Positions 1 to 11,027 are shown, numbered from the stretch's first letter. The stretch: 64,000 bases of DNA from an uncultured Candidatus Binatia bacterium (GCA_965200965.1 OZ241744.1:32001-96000), one strand, 5' to 3'. Notes: generated by a model from the sequence alone, not told the origin. Program-made: numbers and translations.

Positions 1-439
1 GGTCAACATTGTGCTGGACCGAAAACGGCAGGCTGGTATTTGCCCCGTACACCGAGCTGCTTGAGGCGTACACCAGGTGGGCGGTCTGGGTCGCCCGGCA
101 GCCCTCAATGATATTCAGAAAGCCGACCAGGTTGCTCTCAACATAGGGGTGCGGGTTGCTCAGCGAGTGGCGCACGCCGGCCTGGGCGGCCAAGTGGACG
201 ACCCGCTCCGGGCGATGACGTTGAAACAGATCGGCTATGCCGGCCCGGTCGGCCAGATCGAGGGTATGAAAGCTGAAGCGAGCCTGGTGGCTGAGTTGGG
301 CCAGCCGAGCCTGCTTCAGCCGTACATCGTAGTAGGCGTTCATATTATCGAGGCCGATGATCGAATCCCCACGGGCGAGCAGGCGGGCCGCAACGTGAAA
401 TCCAATAAAACCGGCAGCGCCGGTGACCAGAACCCGCAT
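1..439 (-). CDS. NAD-dependent epimerase/dehydratase (UDP-glucuronate 4-epimerase-like), 5' part; runs off the window edge
   Basis: Manual translation from ATG at 439: MRVLVTGAAGFIGFHVAARLLARGD...HLVYASSSSVYGANTSLPFS; GxxGxxG Rossmann motif. Not in the ORF track. Confidence 0.9.
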   Translation of the reverse strand, partial: MRVLVTGAAGFIGFHVAARLLARGDSIIGLDNMNAYYDVRLKQARLAQLSHQARFSFHTLDLADRAGIADLFQRHRPERVVHLAAQAGVRHSLSNPHPYVESNLVGFLNIIEGCRATQTAHLVYASSSSVYGANTSLPFSVQHNVD

Positions 440-455
440 GTCGCGCTCTCAGCGC

Positions 456-1121
456 TCAGCCGGGCCGGAGAGTGTCGGCGGTGGCGTCCCGCCCATCGGC
501 CTGGCCGTTTGGATAGGCAACCTCAGGATTCTGCCGGGCGTGCTGAGCCTGTCGGTCGTGGGACACCGGGCGGCTGGCCGACAACTGCCGGATGACCTTG
601 AGATGATACTCAAGCCCGGACCACAGACTCAGCACAGCCGAGAGCCACAGAAAATACATCCCGGTCAGGTGAAAATCGATGTGCCAATAGGTGTAGTGCA
701 GGATCAGACTGTGTACGGCAAAAATCTGGCAGAGGGTTTTGTACTTGCCGAGTGCTTCGGCCTCAACCACGACCCCCGCGCCAGCGGCGATACCGCGCAG
801 CCCGGTGACCGCAATCTCCCGTCCGACCAGCACCACCACCAGCCAGGCCGGCACCCGCGGAAAACGGTCCAGGCTGAGCAGCATGATCAGGGCGGCCGTC
901 ACCAGCAGCTTATCGGCCAGGGGGTCAAGCAGCTTGCCCAGGGTGCTGGTCCGGCCCTGGAGACGGGCAAAATAGCCGTCAAAATAGTCGGTCCAGCTAG
1001 CCACAAAAAAAATACCGAAGGCCCATACCCCGGCACCCGGTCCGGGGTCGGTCAGATAGTACATCAGCAGGGGGATCAGCGCGATGCGGAAGAGACTCAG
1101 CAGGTTGGGCAGGTGTGACAC
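456..1121 (-). CDS. pgsA: CDP-diacylglycerol--glycerol-3-phosphate 3-phosphatidyltransferase
   Basis: LPNLLSLFRI and DYFDGYFAR...GKLLDPLADK CDP-alcohol phosphotransferase motif; GTG start after GGAGGAG. Confidence 0.93.
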   Translation of the reverse strand: MSHLPNLLSLFRIALIPLLMYYLTDPGPGAGVWAFGIFFVASWTDYFDGYFARLQGRTSTLGKLLDPLADKLLVTAALIMLLSLDRFPRVPAWLVVVLVGREIAVTGLRGIAAGAGVVVEAEALGKYKTLCQIFAVHSLILHYTYWHIDFHLTGMYFLWLSAVLSLWSGLEYHLKVIRQLSASRPVSHDRQAQHARQNPEVAYPNGQADGRDATADTLRPG

Positions 1122-1225
1122 GGCTCCTCCCCGTATAGGCAATTTTCTCCTCCAGGTCAATTTCCCGGGCCTGCCGCTTGCCGCCTTGACTCCGCGGGGG
1201 TGACATGTCAGCAATAGGCCGGCGC

Positions 1226-2818
1226 ATGGAGACGACCGACTATCTTATTATCGGCAGCGGCATTGCCGGCCTCAGTTTGGCCCTCAAAGCGGCCGTCCAC
1301 AATTCGGTCACTCTTGTCACCAAAGACCGCCTCCCGGAGAGCAACAGCGCCTACGCCCAGGGCGGCATTGCCTCGGTCTGGAGTGCCGATGATTCTTTTG
1401 CCGCCCATACGCGCGATACCCTGAAGGCCGGGGCTGGCCTGTGTCATCCCGAGGTGGTCGAAACCGTGGTCCGTGAGGGCCCGGAGCGGATTCGGGAACT
1501 GATTGCGCTGGGCACCAGCTTCTCGCGTCGAAGCGGCAGCCGGGCCGAGGAGTATGACCTGGGCCTTGAGGGGGGGCATTCCTACCGGCGCATCCTGCAC
1601 GCCGCGGACGCCACCGGCCAGGAAATTATCCGTGCCCTCGTCGCCGCGGTCCGTGACCAGCCCAACATCCGCATTCTTGAAAAGCATATGGGGATCGATC
1701 TTCTGACCACGGACGGGCCGGCCGGCAAAGAGTGCTGGGGGGCCTATGTGCTCGCCCTTGAGACCAACCGGGTCTCGACGTTTCCCGCCCGGATCACCGT
1801 ACTGTGCACCGGCGGGGCGGGCAAGGTCTACCTGTATACCAGCAATCCAGATGTGGCGACCGGCGACGGGGTGGCTATGGCCTATCGGGCCGGCGCGCCA
1901 GTGGCCAATCTTGAGTTTTTTCAGTTTCACCCGACCTGTCTGTTTCATCCCCAGGCCAGGTCGTTTCTCATTTCCGAAGCCCTGCGCGGCGAGGGCGCGG
2001 TGCTGCGCCGCCCGGACGGCACGGCGTTCATGGCCGAGTATGATGAGCGGGCCGAGCTGGCACCCCGCGACATTGTAGCCCGGGCGATTGACCGAGAAAT
2101 GAAGAGCCACGGCTTTGAGGCCATCCTGCTCGATATCAGCCATCGCGGCGCGGCATTCCTGCGCCAGCGCTTTCCGGTCATCTCCCAACGCTGTCTTGAG
2201 TACGGGATTGATCTGAGCAGTGAGCCGATTCCGGTCGTGCCCGCGGCCCACTATATGTGCGGCGGGGTGGTCGTTGACCTGAACGGCGCAACCGCGCTCC
2301 GGCGTTTATACGCAGCCGGCGAGGTCAGTATGTCCGGTCTGCACGGGGCCAACCGGCTGGCGTCCAACTCGCTGCTTGAAGCCGTCGTCTTTGCCCATCG
2401 GGTGTTTGTCCACGCCAGGGAGTTTCTGGCCACCGACCGGCAGCCGCGGCCAGCGTTTGCCGACTGGAACCCGGGTCGGGCGGTCGATAGCGATGAGATG
2501 GTCGTAGTGACCCAGACCTGGGAGGAGATTCGCCGCCTGATGTGGAACTATGTCGGCATTGTGCGCAGCGACCGTCGTCTGTCCCGCGCCGAGCGCCGGA
2601 TTGGGCTGATTCAGGATGAGATTCGGGACTACTACTGGAACTTTCTGGTGACCGGCGACGTGCTGGAGTTGCGCAACCTGGCCACCGTGGCCGAGCTGAT
2701 TATCCGCTGCGCCCGTCTGCGCCGCGAGAGCCGCGGTCTGCATTCGACCCTGGATTATCCCCGGGCCGATGACCGTCACTGGCGGCGTGATACCGTCGTG
2801 CGGGCCGACGCTGCCTGA
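1226..2818 (+). CDS. nadB: L-aspartate oxidase
   Basis: IIGSGIAG, YAQGGIA, LEGGHSYRRILHA, QFHPT and GLHGANRLASNSLLE motifs; start 1226 or 1205. Confidence 0.95.
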   Translation: METTDYLIIGSGIAGLSLALKAAVHNSVTLVTKDRLPESNSAYAQGGIASVWSADDSFAAHTRDTLKAGAGLCHPEVVETVVREGPERIRELIALGTSFSRRSGSRAEEYDLGLEGGHSYRRILHAADATGQEIIRALVAAVRDQPNIRILEKHMGIDLLTTDGPAGKECWGAYVLALETNRVSTFPARITVLCTGGAGKVYLYTSNPDVATGDGVAMAYRAGAPVANLEFFQFHPTCLFHPQARSFLISEALRGEGAVLRRPDGTAFMAEYDERAELAPRDIVARAIDREMKSHGFEAILLDISHRGAAFLRQRFPVISQRCLEYGIDLSSEPIPVVPAAHYMCGGVVVDLNGATALRRLYAAGEVSMSGLHGANRLASNSLLEAVVFAHRVFVHAREFLATDRQPRPAFADWNPGRAVDSDEMVVVTQTWEEIRRLMWNYVGIVRSDRRLSRAERRIGLIQDEIRDYYWNFLVTGDVLELRNLATVAELIIRCARLRRESRGLHSTLDYPRADDRHWRRDTVVRADAA

Positions 2819-2827
2819 GACCGGACC

Positions 2828-4300
2828 TCAGTCGTCCAGCTCAAACAGGCCGAGTTGGCTGCCCTTGGGGCGTGCGCCGACCGGGACGGGGTAGCGGTCG
2901 CTGAAGCAGGCGTCACAGAAACCGGCCGGCGACTCCTTGAGGGCGATATACAGACCGGCCTGGCTCAGATAGGACAGGCTGTCGGCGGTGATATAGCGCT
3001 GAATTGCTTCGACGTTCTGGTTGGCGGCGATAAGCTCGCGCCGTTTGGGGGTATCAACGCCGTAGTAGCACGGGCCGACCGTTGGCGGGGAGCTGATCCG
3101 CATATGGATTGCCCGCGCGCCGGCCTGGCGAATCATGGTGATAATTTTGCGGCTGGTCGTGCCCCTGACAATTGAGTCGTCCACAACAACGACCCGCTTG
3201 CCGCGCAAGACCTCGGTCTGGGCGTTGAGCTTGATCTTGACGCCGAAGTGCCGGATGGCGTCACGCGGCTCAATAAAGGTCCGGCCTACATAGTGATTCC
3301 GAATCAGACCCATCTCAAACGGCAGGCCGGCCTGCCGGGCATAGCCGAGTGCCGGCGGGACGCCGGAGTCCGGGACCGGGATGACGATATCGGCCTCGAC
3401 CGGGGCCTCGCGGGCGAGTTGGCGGCCAAAGGCCCGGCGGACCTGATAAACGTTTTTGCCGTACAGGGTGCTGTCGGGCCGAGAGAAGTAGATATACTCG
3501 AACACACACCGGGACAGCGGCTCACGCGGAAAGGGGGTGTAGGAGTGCAGCCCTTGGGGTGTACACAGCAGGACCTCGCCCGGCTTGACTTCGCGTTCGT
3601 AGCGGGCCCCGATCAGGTCAAAAGCACAGGTTTCTGAGGCAACGACTGCGGTTGCTTTGCCCTCGCCGTTGATATGGCCGAGTGCCAGCGGACGAAAGCC
3701 GTGGGGATCGCGCGCCGCCACCATCGCGTTTTCGGTCAGAAACACCAGAGAGTACGCCCCGCGCAGCTGGGCCAGGGCTTCGATAATCCGGTCAACCAGG
3801 CTCGGTGCCCGGGCCGCGGCAATCAGGTGTAGAATGACCTCGGTATCGACCGTTGATTGAAAAATGGAGCCCTGCCGTTCCATCCCCAGCCGCAGCTCGT
3901 CGGCGTTGACCAGGTTGCCGTTATGGCCGACCGCCAGCGAGCCGTAGGTGTAGCGGGCCACCAGCGGTTGGCTGTTCCTGAGAATGGTTGAGCCGGCGGT
4001 GGAGTAGCGGTTATGCCCAATGGCGCTGGTACCCTCCAGCCGGCGGATCTGGCGTTCGTCAAAAATGTCGGCAACCAAGCCAAGCCCGCGATGGGCCAGC
4101 AGGGTTTGGCCGTTGGACGAGACAATGCCGGCCGATTCCTGGCCCCGGTGCTGGAGGGCATACAACGACAGGTAGGCGAGATTGGCCGCGTCGGGGTGGC
4201 CGTAGATGCCGACCACGCCGCACTCTTCGTGGAAACGATCGAGCCGGTCATGCGGGTCCTGCTGCTGGGTGCCTTGGCTTGGCGTGTGTGTGTCCGGCAT
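2828..4300 (-). CDS. purF: amidophosphoribosyltransferase
   Basis: HEECGVVG N-terminal nucleophile Cys, QHRGQESAG, VDDSIVRGTTS PRPP-binding motif. Confidence 0.96.
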   Translation of the reverse strand: MPDTHTPSQGTQQQDPHDRLDRFHEECGVVGIYGHPDAANLAYLSLYALQHRGQESAGIVSSNGQTLLAHRGLGLVADIFDERQIRRLEGTSAIGHNRYSTAGSTILRNSQPLVARYTYGSLAVGHNGNLVNADELRLGMERQGSIFQSTVDTEVILHLIAAARAPSLVDRIIEALAQLRGAYSLVFLTENAMVAARDPHGFRPLALGHINGEGKATAVVASETCAFDLIGARYEREVKPGEVLLCTPQGLHSYTPFPREPLSRCVFEYIYFSRPDSTLYGKNVYQVRRAFGRQLAREAPVEADIVIPVPDSGVPPALGYARQAGLPFEMGLIRNHYVGRTFIEPRDAIRHFGVKIKLNAQTEVLRGKRVVVVDDSIVRGTTSRKIITMIRQAGARAIHMRISSPPTVGPCYYGVDTPKRRELIAANQNVEAIQRYITADSLSYLSQAGLYIALKESPAGFCDACFSDRYPVPVGARPKGSQLGLFELDD

Positions 4301-4326
4301 GGAGCCTCCCCTTCGGCCCGCGTACT

Positions 4327-6546
4327 CTACAGCCCCAGGTGCCGGGCCAGAGCGGTCCGCCATTCGTGTTTGAGCCGGGCAAGCGGCAGGCGTATGCTGC
4401 CGGTCAGCTCCAGCACGCTGCCGCCGACTTGGCCCACCGCGGCACACGGCAGGCCGGCTGCCTCGGCCAGGGCCTGAAGCCGGGCCAGCCTGGAGGCGGG
4501 TAATGAGACCAGGGCCCGGGACGGACTTTCGCCAAACAGCAGCGCGTCAAGACGCATGGAGTCGGCAAGGCGGACCTGAGCGCCGAGGGCGGCCGGGCCG
4601 CTGATGCACGCCTCGGCCAGCGCCACGGCCAGGCCGCCTTCGGCGATGTCATGGGCTGAAGACAGCAGCCCTTCGGCGCTGGCGCTGAGACAGACATGGT
4701 GGAGGCATTTTTCACGCTCAAGATCAAGCTGGGGTGGTCGGCCGGCCACCCGGTTATGGATCACGGCCAGGTATTCGCTGGCACCCAGTTCCTCCAGGGA
4801 CTCACCGAGCAGGACGATCACATCGTCCGGTCGCTTGAACCACTGGGTCAGACGGCGGCTGACATCGGCCAGGATGCCGACCATAGCGACGGTCGGCGTC
4901 GGCGGAATAGCCCGGCCTTGGGTTTCGTTGTAGAAGCTGACATTGCCGCTGACGACGGCCAAGCCAAGGGCCTGACACGCGTCCCGCAGCCCGGCAATGG
5001 CCTGCTGGAACTGCCACATGACCTCAGGTTTTTCTGGACTGCCGAAATTCAGACAGTCGGACAGGGCCAGCGGGCGAGCGCCGCTGACGGCCAGGTTACG
5101 CGCACTCTCGGCCACAGCGAGCAGCGCGCCGCGATAGGGGTCTTGCGCGCAGTAGCGACTGTTACAGTCAACGCTCAGGCCGATACCGGTCGTGGTCCCT
5201 TTGATGCGCAACACGGCCGCATCCGAGCCAGGCTCGACAACCGTGTTGCCGCTGACCAGGGTGTCGTACTGCCGGTACACCCATTCTTTGCTGGCCAGGT
5301 TGGGCGAGCCGAGCAGCCGGAGCAGGACAGCGTTGTAATCGCCTGGCAGGGGCAGGCCGGACAGGTCGAGGGATTGGTGCTGGTCGAGATCGGCCGGCTT
5401 GTGGGCCGGACGCTCGTAGGCCGGCACCTCGTCGGTCAGCGCTGCGACCGGAAGACGAACGACCTCCCGGCCCTGCCATTCGGCCCGGAACAGGCCGTCG
5501 TCGGTGACGTGGCCGACCACCACCGCCGGCAGGTCCCAGCCGGCGAAAATGGCCCGGACTTCTTCTTCACAGCCGGCCTTGGCCACGAGCAGCATACGTT
5601 CCTGGGACTCTGACAGGAGCAGTTCGTAGGGGCTGATTCCGTCCTCGCGAGTGGGAACGGTGTCCAGCTTCAGCAAGAAGCCGGTGCCTCCCCGGCCGGC
5701 CATTTCGATCGCTGAGCTGCTCAGGCCGGCCGCTCCCATGTCCTGGATAGCCACGATCACCTCCCGCTGCATCAGCGCAAGGCAGGCTTCAATCAGCAGG
5801 TTTTCGGTAAACGGGTCGCCGACCTGCACGGCCGGCCGGAGTTCTTCTGAACGCGTGTCAAACTCGCGCGAAGCGAGCAGGCTGGCCCCATGAATACCGT
5901 CTCGCCCGGTGCGTGAGCCGACATACAGGACGGGGTTGCCGGCTCCGGTCGCCCGGGCACGAAAGATCCGGTCGGTTCTGACCACGCCGAGGCTGAAGGC
6001 GTTAACCAGGATGTTGCCGTTATAGCCGGGGTCAAAGGCCACCTCACCGCCGACGGTCGGCACGCCGACGCTGTTGCCATAGCCGCCGATACCGGCCACC
6101 ACGCCTTTGACCAGATACGGTGTGCGCGAGTGCTCGGGTGCGCCAAAACGCAACGAGTTGAGCGAGGCGATTGGCCGGGCACCCATCGTAAAGATGTCGC
6201 GCAGGATTCCGCCTACGCCGGTTGCCGCACCGTGGTAGGGTTCGATACAGGAGGGGTGGTTGTGGCTCTCAATTTTGAACACCACGGCCAGCCCGTCGCC
6301 AATATCGACAATCCCCGCATTCTCGCCCGGACCCTGGAGAATAGCCGAACCGGTGGTCGGCAGGTGGCGCAAAAAGCGCCGGGAGCTTTTATAGCTACAG
6401 TGCTCAGACCACATGACCGAAAAGACGCCCAATTCCTCAAAGCTCGGCGTGCGGCCCAGCAGCTGGACGATGCGGGCGTATTCGGTGTCGGTCAGGCCAT
6501 GATCGTGGGCGAGTTGGAGCGTCACCGTCGGGGTGTGGGCTGTCAT
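4327..6546 (-). CDS. purL: phosphoribosylformylglycinamidine synthase subunit PurL
   Basis: [27 protein letters not shown] and LLSESQERM motifs. Confidence 0.96.
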   Translation of the reverse strand: MTAHTPTVTLQLAHDHGLTDTEYARIVQLLGRTPSFEELGVFSVMWSEHCSYKSSRRFLRHLPTTGSAILQGPGENAGIVDIGDGLAVVFKIESHNHPSCIEPYHGAATGVGGILRDIFTMGARPIASLNSLRFGAPEHSRTPYLVKGVVAGIGGYGNSVGVPTVGGEVAFDPGYNGNILVNAFSLGVVRTDRIFRARATGAGNPVLYVGSRTGRDGIHGASLLASREFDTRSEELRPAVQVGDPFTENLLIEACLALMQREVIVAIQDMGAAGLSSSAIEMAGRGGTGFLLKLDTVPTREDGISPYELLLSESQERMLLVAKAGCEEEVRAIFAGWDLPAVVVGHVTDDGLFRAEWQGREVVRLPVAALTDEVPAYERPAHKPADLDQHQSLDLSGLPLPGDYNAVLLRLLGSPNLASKEWVYRQYDTLVSGNTVVEPGSDAAVLRIKGTTTGIGLSVDCNSRYCAQDPYRGALLAVAESARNLAVSGARPLALSDCLNFGSPEKPEVMWQFQQAIAGLRDACQALGLAVVSGNVSFYNETQGRAIPPTPTVAMVGILADVSRRLTQWFKRPDDVIVLLGESLEELGASEYLAVIHNRVAGRPPQLDLEREKCLHHVCLSASAEGLLSSAHDIAEGGLAVALAEACISGPAALGAQVRLADSMRLDALLFGESPSRALVSLPASRLARLQALAEAAGLPCAAVGQVGGSVLELTGSIRLPLARLKHEWRTALARHLGL

Positions 6547-6560
6547 GGCTCTGCGGGCGT

Positions 6561-7247
6561 TCAGCACCCCTCCCCGACACCGGTGAACAACCGGCGGCCG
6601 TCTTCTCCGCCCAAGAGCGCTTCGACAGCGTGCTCGGGATGGGGCATCAGGCCAAGGACATTGCCCCGCCGATTGGTGATCCCGGCGATATTGTTCAGTG
6701 AGCCGTTGGGGTTGGCGCTGGCCTCGACATCGCCGGTTGAGGTGGCATAGCGAAACACGACTTGACCGTTGTCTTCAAGCGTCCGCAGGGTGGGCGCGTC
6801 GGCGACATAACAGCCCGCGCCGTGCTTGATCGGCAGGCGCAGGGTCTGGCCCACCCGGCAGGTGGCGGTAAACGCGGTACGGGCCTGTTCAACCCGAATC
6901 CAGACCCAGGCGCTGATGAACAGCAGCGACTGGTTGCGGACCAGGGCACCGGGTAAGAGGCCCGACTCACACAGAATCTGGAAGCCGTTACACACGCCCA
7001 GAACCGGCCCCCCGGCCTTGGCAAACGCGATGATACTCTGCATGACCGGTGAACAGCCGGCCAGGGCACCGCAGCGCAGATAATCGCCGTATGAAAATCC
7101 GCCCGGCAGGACTACCGCATCCACGCCGTGCAGGTCGCGGTCTTTGTGCCACAGCGAGACGACCTGGTGTCTCAGGACCGTCTCCAGGCAGTACACCGAG
7201 TCCCGGTCGTCGTTTGAACCGGGAAAGGTGACCACACCCCACTTCAT
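6561..7247 (-). CDS. purQ: FGAM synthase glutaminase subunit PurQ
   Basis: [25 protein letters not shown] and MPHPE motifs. Confidence 0.96.
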   Translation of the reverse strand: MKWGVVTFPGSNDDRDSVYCLETVLRHQVVSLWHKDRDLHGVDAVVLPGGFSYGDYLRCGALAGCSPVMQSIIAFAKAGGPVLGVCNGFQILCESGLLPGALVRNQSLLFISAWVWIRVEQARTAFTATCRVGQTLRLPIKHGAGCYVADAPTLRTLEDNGQVVFRYATSTGDVEASANPNGSLNNIAGITNRRGNVLGLMPHPEHAVEALLGGEDGRRLFTGVGEGC

Positions 7248-7253
7248 CGTGCG

Positions 7254-7502
7254 CTACTCCTCGACCAACTCAAAGCGACAGTCCTCAATGATGTGGTTGG
7301 CCAACAGCCGCTGACACATTTCTTCAACCCGCTGCCGGGCCCGGTCCGGCGGCAGGTTGTGGAGGCGGACTTCCAGGTATTTGCCCATCCGCACATCACG
7401 GACTTCGCTGTAGTCAAGGGCGTGCAGCGAGGCGGCGATCGCTTTGCCCTGGGGATCGAGAATCGATTTTTTGGGGGTCACATAGACTTTTGCCAACAGC
7501 AT
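7254..7502 (-). CDS. purS: FGAM synthase subunit PurS
   Basis: ILDPQGKAI, VRMGKY and LLAN motifs; 82 aa directly upstream of purQ. Confidence 0.95.
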   Translation of the reverse strand: MLLAKVYVTPKKSILDPQGKAIAASLHALDYSEVRDVRMGKYLEVRLHNLPPDRARQRVEEMCQRLLANHIIEDCRFELVEE

Positions 7503-7511
7503 GGGAGGGCC

Positions 7512-8810
7512 CTAGGCTTGGCGCAAGGCGCGTTCAATGACGGTCTGGGCATGTCTGAGCGCGTGCCGGGCATCAAACAGTTGCGTGAGTTCCGCAGGGC
7601 TGAGCAGGCCGCCAATGTCCGGGTCTTGGCGCACCGCGGCGGCAAAGGAGGCACCGGTCTCCCACACCTGCATGGCGTTGCGCTGCACCCGGCGGTAAGC
7701 GTCGTCGCGGCTGACGCCCTTGCGGACCAGGGCCAGCAGGAGATGCTCGGAGTAGATCATCTCGCCCAGAGCGGTCATATTCTCGTGCATCCGCTCGGGG
7801 TGGATTACCAGCCGGTCAAGAATGCCGGTCAGTCGGGCGAGCATGAAGTCGAGCAGGATGGTCGCGTCCGGACCAATGACCCGTTCGACCGAGGAATGGC
7901 TGATATCACGTTCATGCCACACAGGGATATTTTCAAAGGCCGACAGGGCATAGCCACGGAGCAGGCGAGCGCAGCCGCACACGTTTTCCAACTGCCACGG
8001 GTTGCGCTTGTGCGGCATGGCTGAGGAGCCTTTTTGGCCGGGGCTGAACGGTTCTTCAACTTCCAGGACTTCGGTGCGCTGGAGGTGGCGCATCTCGGTC
8101 GCGATCCGTTCCAGCGAACTGCCGATCAAAGCCAGGGTCGAGAAGAAGGCGGCGTGACGGTCGCGGGGCACAATCTGGGTGGAGATCGGCTCTGGCCGCA
8201 GCTTGAGACGGCGACACACACCGGCTTCAATCTCTGGGTCGATATTGGCAAAGGTCCCGACCGCGCCCGAGATTTTGCCATATGCGATATCCAGGCGCGC
8301 CTGGCCGAGGCGCGTATGGCCGCGTCGCATCTCGGCATACCAGTGGGCGGCTTTGAGGCCAAAGGTGATGGGTTCGGCGTGAACCCCGTGGGTCCGTCCG
8401 ATGGTCAGGGTATGGGCGTGCTCTTGGGCGAGACGTTTCAGAACCGCCAACAATGCCTCAACATCGGCCAGCAGAATGTCGGCGGCCTCACACAGTTGGA
8501 CGGCAAAGCCGGTGTCAATGATGTCCGATGAGGTCAGGCCGAGGTGGAGATAGCGGCCAAGCTCACCGAGCGGTTCGGCAACGGACGACACGAAAGCGAC
8601 CACATCGTGTTTGACCTCGGCCTCAATCTCCCGCATACGCGCAAGATTCAGAGTTGCCCGCTGGCGGAGTTGGTCCGCGGCCGCGCGCGGAATCTGGCCG
8701 TGCTCGGCCAAGGCTTCGCAGGCCAGCAGTTCAACCTCCAGCCACTTGGCGAATTTGTTGTCTTCCGACCAGACCTGGCCCATAAGCGGGCGGGTATAGC
8801 GTTCGATCAT
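7512..8810 (-). CDS. purB: adenylosuccinate lyase
   Basis: MIERYTRP start, GRTHGVHAEP, GSSAMPHKRNP signature. Confidence 0.96.
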   Translation of the reverse strand: MIERYTRPLMGQVWSEDNKFAKWLEVELLACEALAEHGQIPRAAADQLRQRATLNLARMREIEAEVKHDVVAFVSSVAEPLGELGRYLHLGLTSSDIIDTGFAVQLCEAADILLADVEALLAVLKRLAQEHAHTLTIGRTHGVHAEPITFGLKAAHWYAEMRRGHTRLGQARLDIAYGKISGAVGTFANIDPEIEAGVCRRLKLRPEPISTQIVPRDRHAAFFSTLALIGSSLERIATEMRHLQRTEVLEVEEPFSPGQKGSSAMPHKRNPWQLENVCGCARLLRGYALSAFENIPVWHERDISHSSVERVIGPDATILLDFMLARLTGILDRLVIHPERMHENMTALGEMIYSEHLLLALVRKGVSRDDAYRRVQRNAMQVWETGASFAAAVRQDPDIGGLLSPAELTQLFDARHALRHAQTVIERALRQA

Positions 8811-8974
8811 AGGGTTTTGAGTCAGAGGCTTCGGGCTGTGCCCTGTCCTATGTGGCGGCCGTTCGGATGTCAAGGGAGAAGCCGGGAAGATATGATGCCT
8901 CTCTTCGCTGTTGGGGTTGATTTCTCAGGTCTTTGTGGGGTACACGGAAAGCCATAGAGAGATGAGAGCGCTAA

Positions 8975-9109
8975 TCAAAGGAGGACGCAATTGAGCGGTA
9001 CCGGAAAATTTCCCGTAAAGCTATTTCTGATGGAAAAGACGAAATAACCGGAGTCCAGAAGAAGAGGATAGAGATTATAGACAGGTTGGTGGCACAAGGA
9101 ATCGTGTGA
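8975..9109 (+). pseudogene. start-less fragment resembling a polymorphic (Rhs-type) toxin C-terminal tip
   Basis: Frame reads SKEDAIERYRKISRKAISDGKDEITGVQKKRIEIIDRLVAQGIV*; its TGA overlaps the ATG of the SMI1 gene (TGATG); low GC; in-frame TAA immediately upstream. Confidence 0.5.
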
Positions 9110-9576
9110 TGGAAACGAAAGAAGCGGGAGACCGGTTGGCTCAGCGGTGGAAAGAAGCCCGGCTGACGATCAGACCTGGTGTCCCGGCTGAACGGCTGGA
9201 TCAATTCAAGCAACGGTTCAATGCGCACCTCGGACCCGATATACGCGAGTATTTCGAGGCAGTAAATGGGATGGCGTTGGGCGAAATGGACCCTGACTGT
9301 CATATTCGGTTCTGGCCTCTGGAGGAGGTCAAACCGATTCAGGAAGAAGTTGACGCTCCCTGGGTAGCACAGTACACGGGCTACTACCTGTTTGCGGACT
9401 ATCTTCTCTGGTCTCACGCGTACGCGATTGACCTCAACCCCGCTGGTCAAGGAGCTATCGTGATGGTGGGAGGGAAAACTCCCCACCCGGTAGCACCATC
9501 TTTTGCCGATTTTGTCTGCATGTACCTGGACAGGATTGAACAACTTTTCCCTCATCGGGAAGCCTGTCCAGGATAG
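9109..9576 (+). CDS. SMI1/KNR4 (SUKH) family immunity-like protein
   Basis: PGVPAERLDQFKQRFNAHLGPDIREYFEAVNGM, FWPLEEV, FADY and VAPSFADF fit the SUKH pattern. Confidence 0.8.
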   Translation: METKEAGDRLAQRWKEARLTIRPGVPAERLDQFKQRFNAHLGPDIREYFEAVNGMALGEMDPDCHIRFWPLEEVKPIQEEVDAPWVAQYTGYYLFADYLLWSHAYAIDLNPAGQGAIVMVGGKTPHPVAPSFADFVCMYLDRIEQLFPHREACPG

Positions 9577-9657
9577 ATCAAGCCGTTCCAATTCATTCTC
9601 CCCTCCTCTGACGGTGTTGCAATCTCTGGTCGGGCCGGATAGGGTGAGTGGCCTGAC

Positions 9658-9730
9658 GGCGGCGTACCCAAGTGGTTAAGGGAGCGGTCTGCAAAACCGC
9701 CATTCACCGGTTCAAATCCGGTCGCCGCCT
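9658..9730 (+). tRNA. tRNA-Cys(GCA)
   Basis: GGCGGCG/CGCCGCC acceptor stem, CT-GCA-AA anticodon loop, GGTTCAAATCC T-arm, U discriminator; CCA not encoded. Confidence 0.95.
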
Positions 9731-9737
9731 CGTGACC

Positions 9738-10541
9738 TCAGTCTGGGCTGCACTCGTCCCGCGGCGTCTGGCGTGGACCGAAACACACCCCCCGCCTGGA
9801 CTCCTGGATAAAGTCAAGCAAGGACAGCACATCGGGAGTACACGGCTCCTGACGCAAGGCTTTGATCGCATGTTTCATATTGATTTTTTTCCTGAACAGG
9901 CGGCCAAACACGGTGTGTAAGGCCCGGATCCGCTCTTGATTGAAGCCGGCCCGATGCAGGCCCACCCGATTGAGCCCTCTGACTGTGTGGGTCCCGTCCA
10001 TAATGCAAAACGGCGGAACATCGCGGCTGGTCCGCGATAGGCCGCGTAACAGGGCCAAGGTCCCGATCCGGACAAATTGGTGTACCACACAGTTCCCGGA
10101 CACAAAGGCGCGGTCTGCGACCTGCACATAGCCGGCGAGCAGGGCACCGCCGGCTATAATCGTCTGATTGCCAATCTGACAGTTATGGGCGACATGGGCG
10201 TTTTGCATCAGGTAATTATCGTCTCCAATAACCGTGCTGCTGCCTGGGGTTGTTCCCCGATGGACCTGACTGTGCTCCCGAAAGACATTCCGGTGGCCGA
10301 TCTTGAGGCAGGTCTGTTGCTGGGCGTGGTCAAGGTCTTGTGGTTCGTGGCCAATGACCGCTCCCATATGAATGACATTGTCCTCACCAATTTCTGTCCA
10401 GCCGCTGAGAACGGCATGGGCCAGCACCCGGCTTCCGGCCCCCACCCGAACGGGTCCGTCAATCACGACATACGGCCCGATGTCGGCCTGAGGAGCAATA
10501 TCAGCCCGAGGATCAACGATCGCGGTCGGGTGTATTGGCAT
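9738..10541 (-). CDS. lpxA: acyl-ACP--UDP-N-acetylglucosamine O-acyltransferase
   Basis: IHPTAIVD start, hexapeptide repeats, PQDL, HRGT, HVAHNC, VHQFVRIG, DVPPF. Confidence 0.92.
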   Translation of the reverse strand: MPIHPTAIVDPRADIAPQADIGPYVVIDGPVRVGAGSRVLAHAVLSGWTEIGEDNVIHMGAVIGHEPQDLDHAQQQTCLKIGHRNVFREHSQVHRGTTPGSSTVIGDDNYLMQNAHVAHNCQIGNQTIIAGGALLAGYVQVADRAFVSGNCVVHQFVRIGTLALLRGLSRTSRDVPPFCIMDGTHTVRGLNRVGLHRAGFNQERIRALHTVFGRLFRKKINMKHAIKALRQEPCTPDVLSLLDFIQESRRGVCFGPRQTPRDECSPD

Positions 10542-10554
10542 GGGGAGCAATGAG

Positions 10555-10746
10555 CTAGCGCGGCTTGTCGGGTGGCCGGGGTGCGACAGACTCGCCAGAT
10601 TCCGCAGATTCGGCCTGGTCGCCCGGAATGCGGTAGGATTCGTCAGCCCACGCCCCAAGATCAATCGTCCGGCACCGCGCTGAGCAAAAGGGACGAAAAG
10701 GGTTGGCCGGCCAGGAAACAGGTTTGCGGCAGGTTGGGCACGGCAT
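10555..10746 (-). CDS. yacG: DNA gyrase inhibitor YacG (zinc finger)
   Basis: [39 protein letters not shown]; start 10746 or 10758. Confidence 0.92.
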   Translation of the reverse strand: MPCPTCRKPVSWPANPFRPFCSARCRTIDLGAWADESYRIPGDQAESAESGESVAPRPPDKPR

Positions 10747-10804
10747 GCTGTGTGGCATACAGATTCCAGCGATGGGGCGAACTGTCGCGGCGTCAAAAAA
10801 CCGA

Positions 10805-10876
<72 letters not shown>

Positions 10877-10890
10877 CTGGAGAGAGAAGC

Positions 10891-11012
10891 CCCCCCGGCC
10901 CCGTCCTACTCTCCCACTCCCAGCAGGAGCAGTACCATCGGCGCTGGAGGGCTTAACGGCCGTGTTCGGTATGGGAACGGGTGTGGCCCCTCCGCCATTG
11001 AGACCAGGGGGG
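10891..11012 (-). rRNA. rrf: 5S ribosomal RNA (not linked to 23S)
   Basis: Reverse complement contains CACACCCGTTCCCATACCGAACACGGCCGTTAAG, GCGCCGATGGTACT and GGGAGAGTAGG; terminal C-run and G-run pair as helix I. Confidence 0.93.
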
Positions 11013-11027
11013 TTTCTCCTGTACCTG

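Noticed and set aside
9658-9737. tRNA-Cys as the attachment site of an integrated element
   Set aside because: I found no duplicated tRNA 3' end and no integrase; lpxA ends 7 bp downstream.
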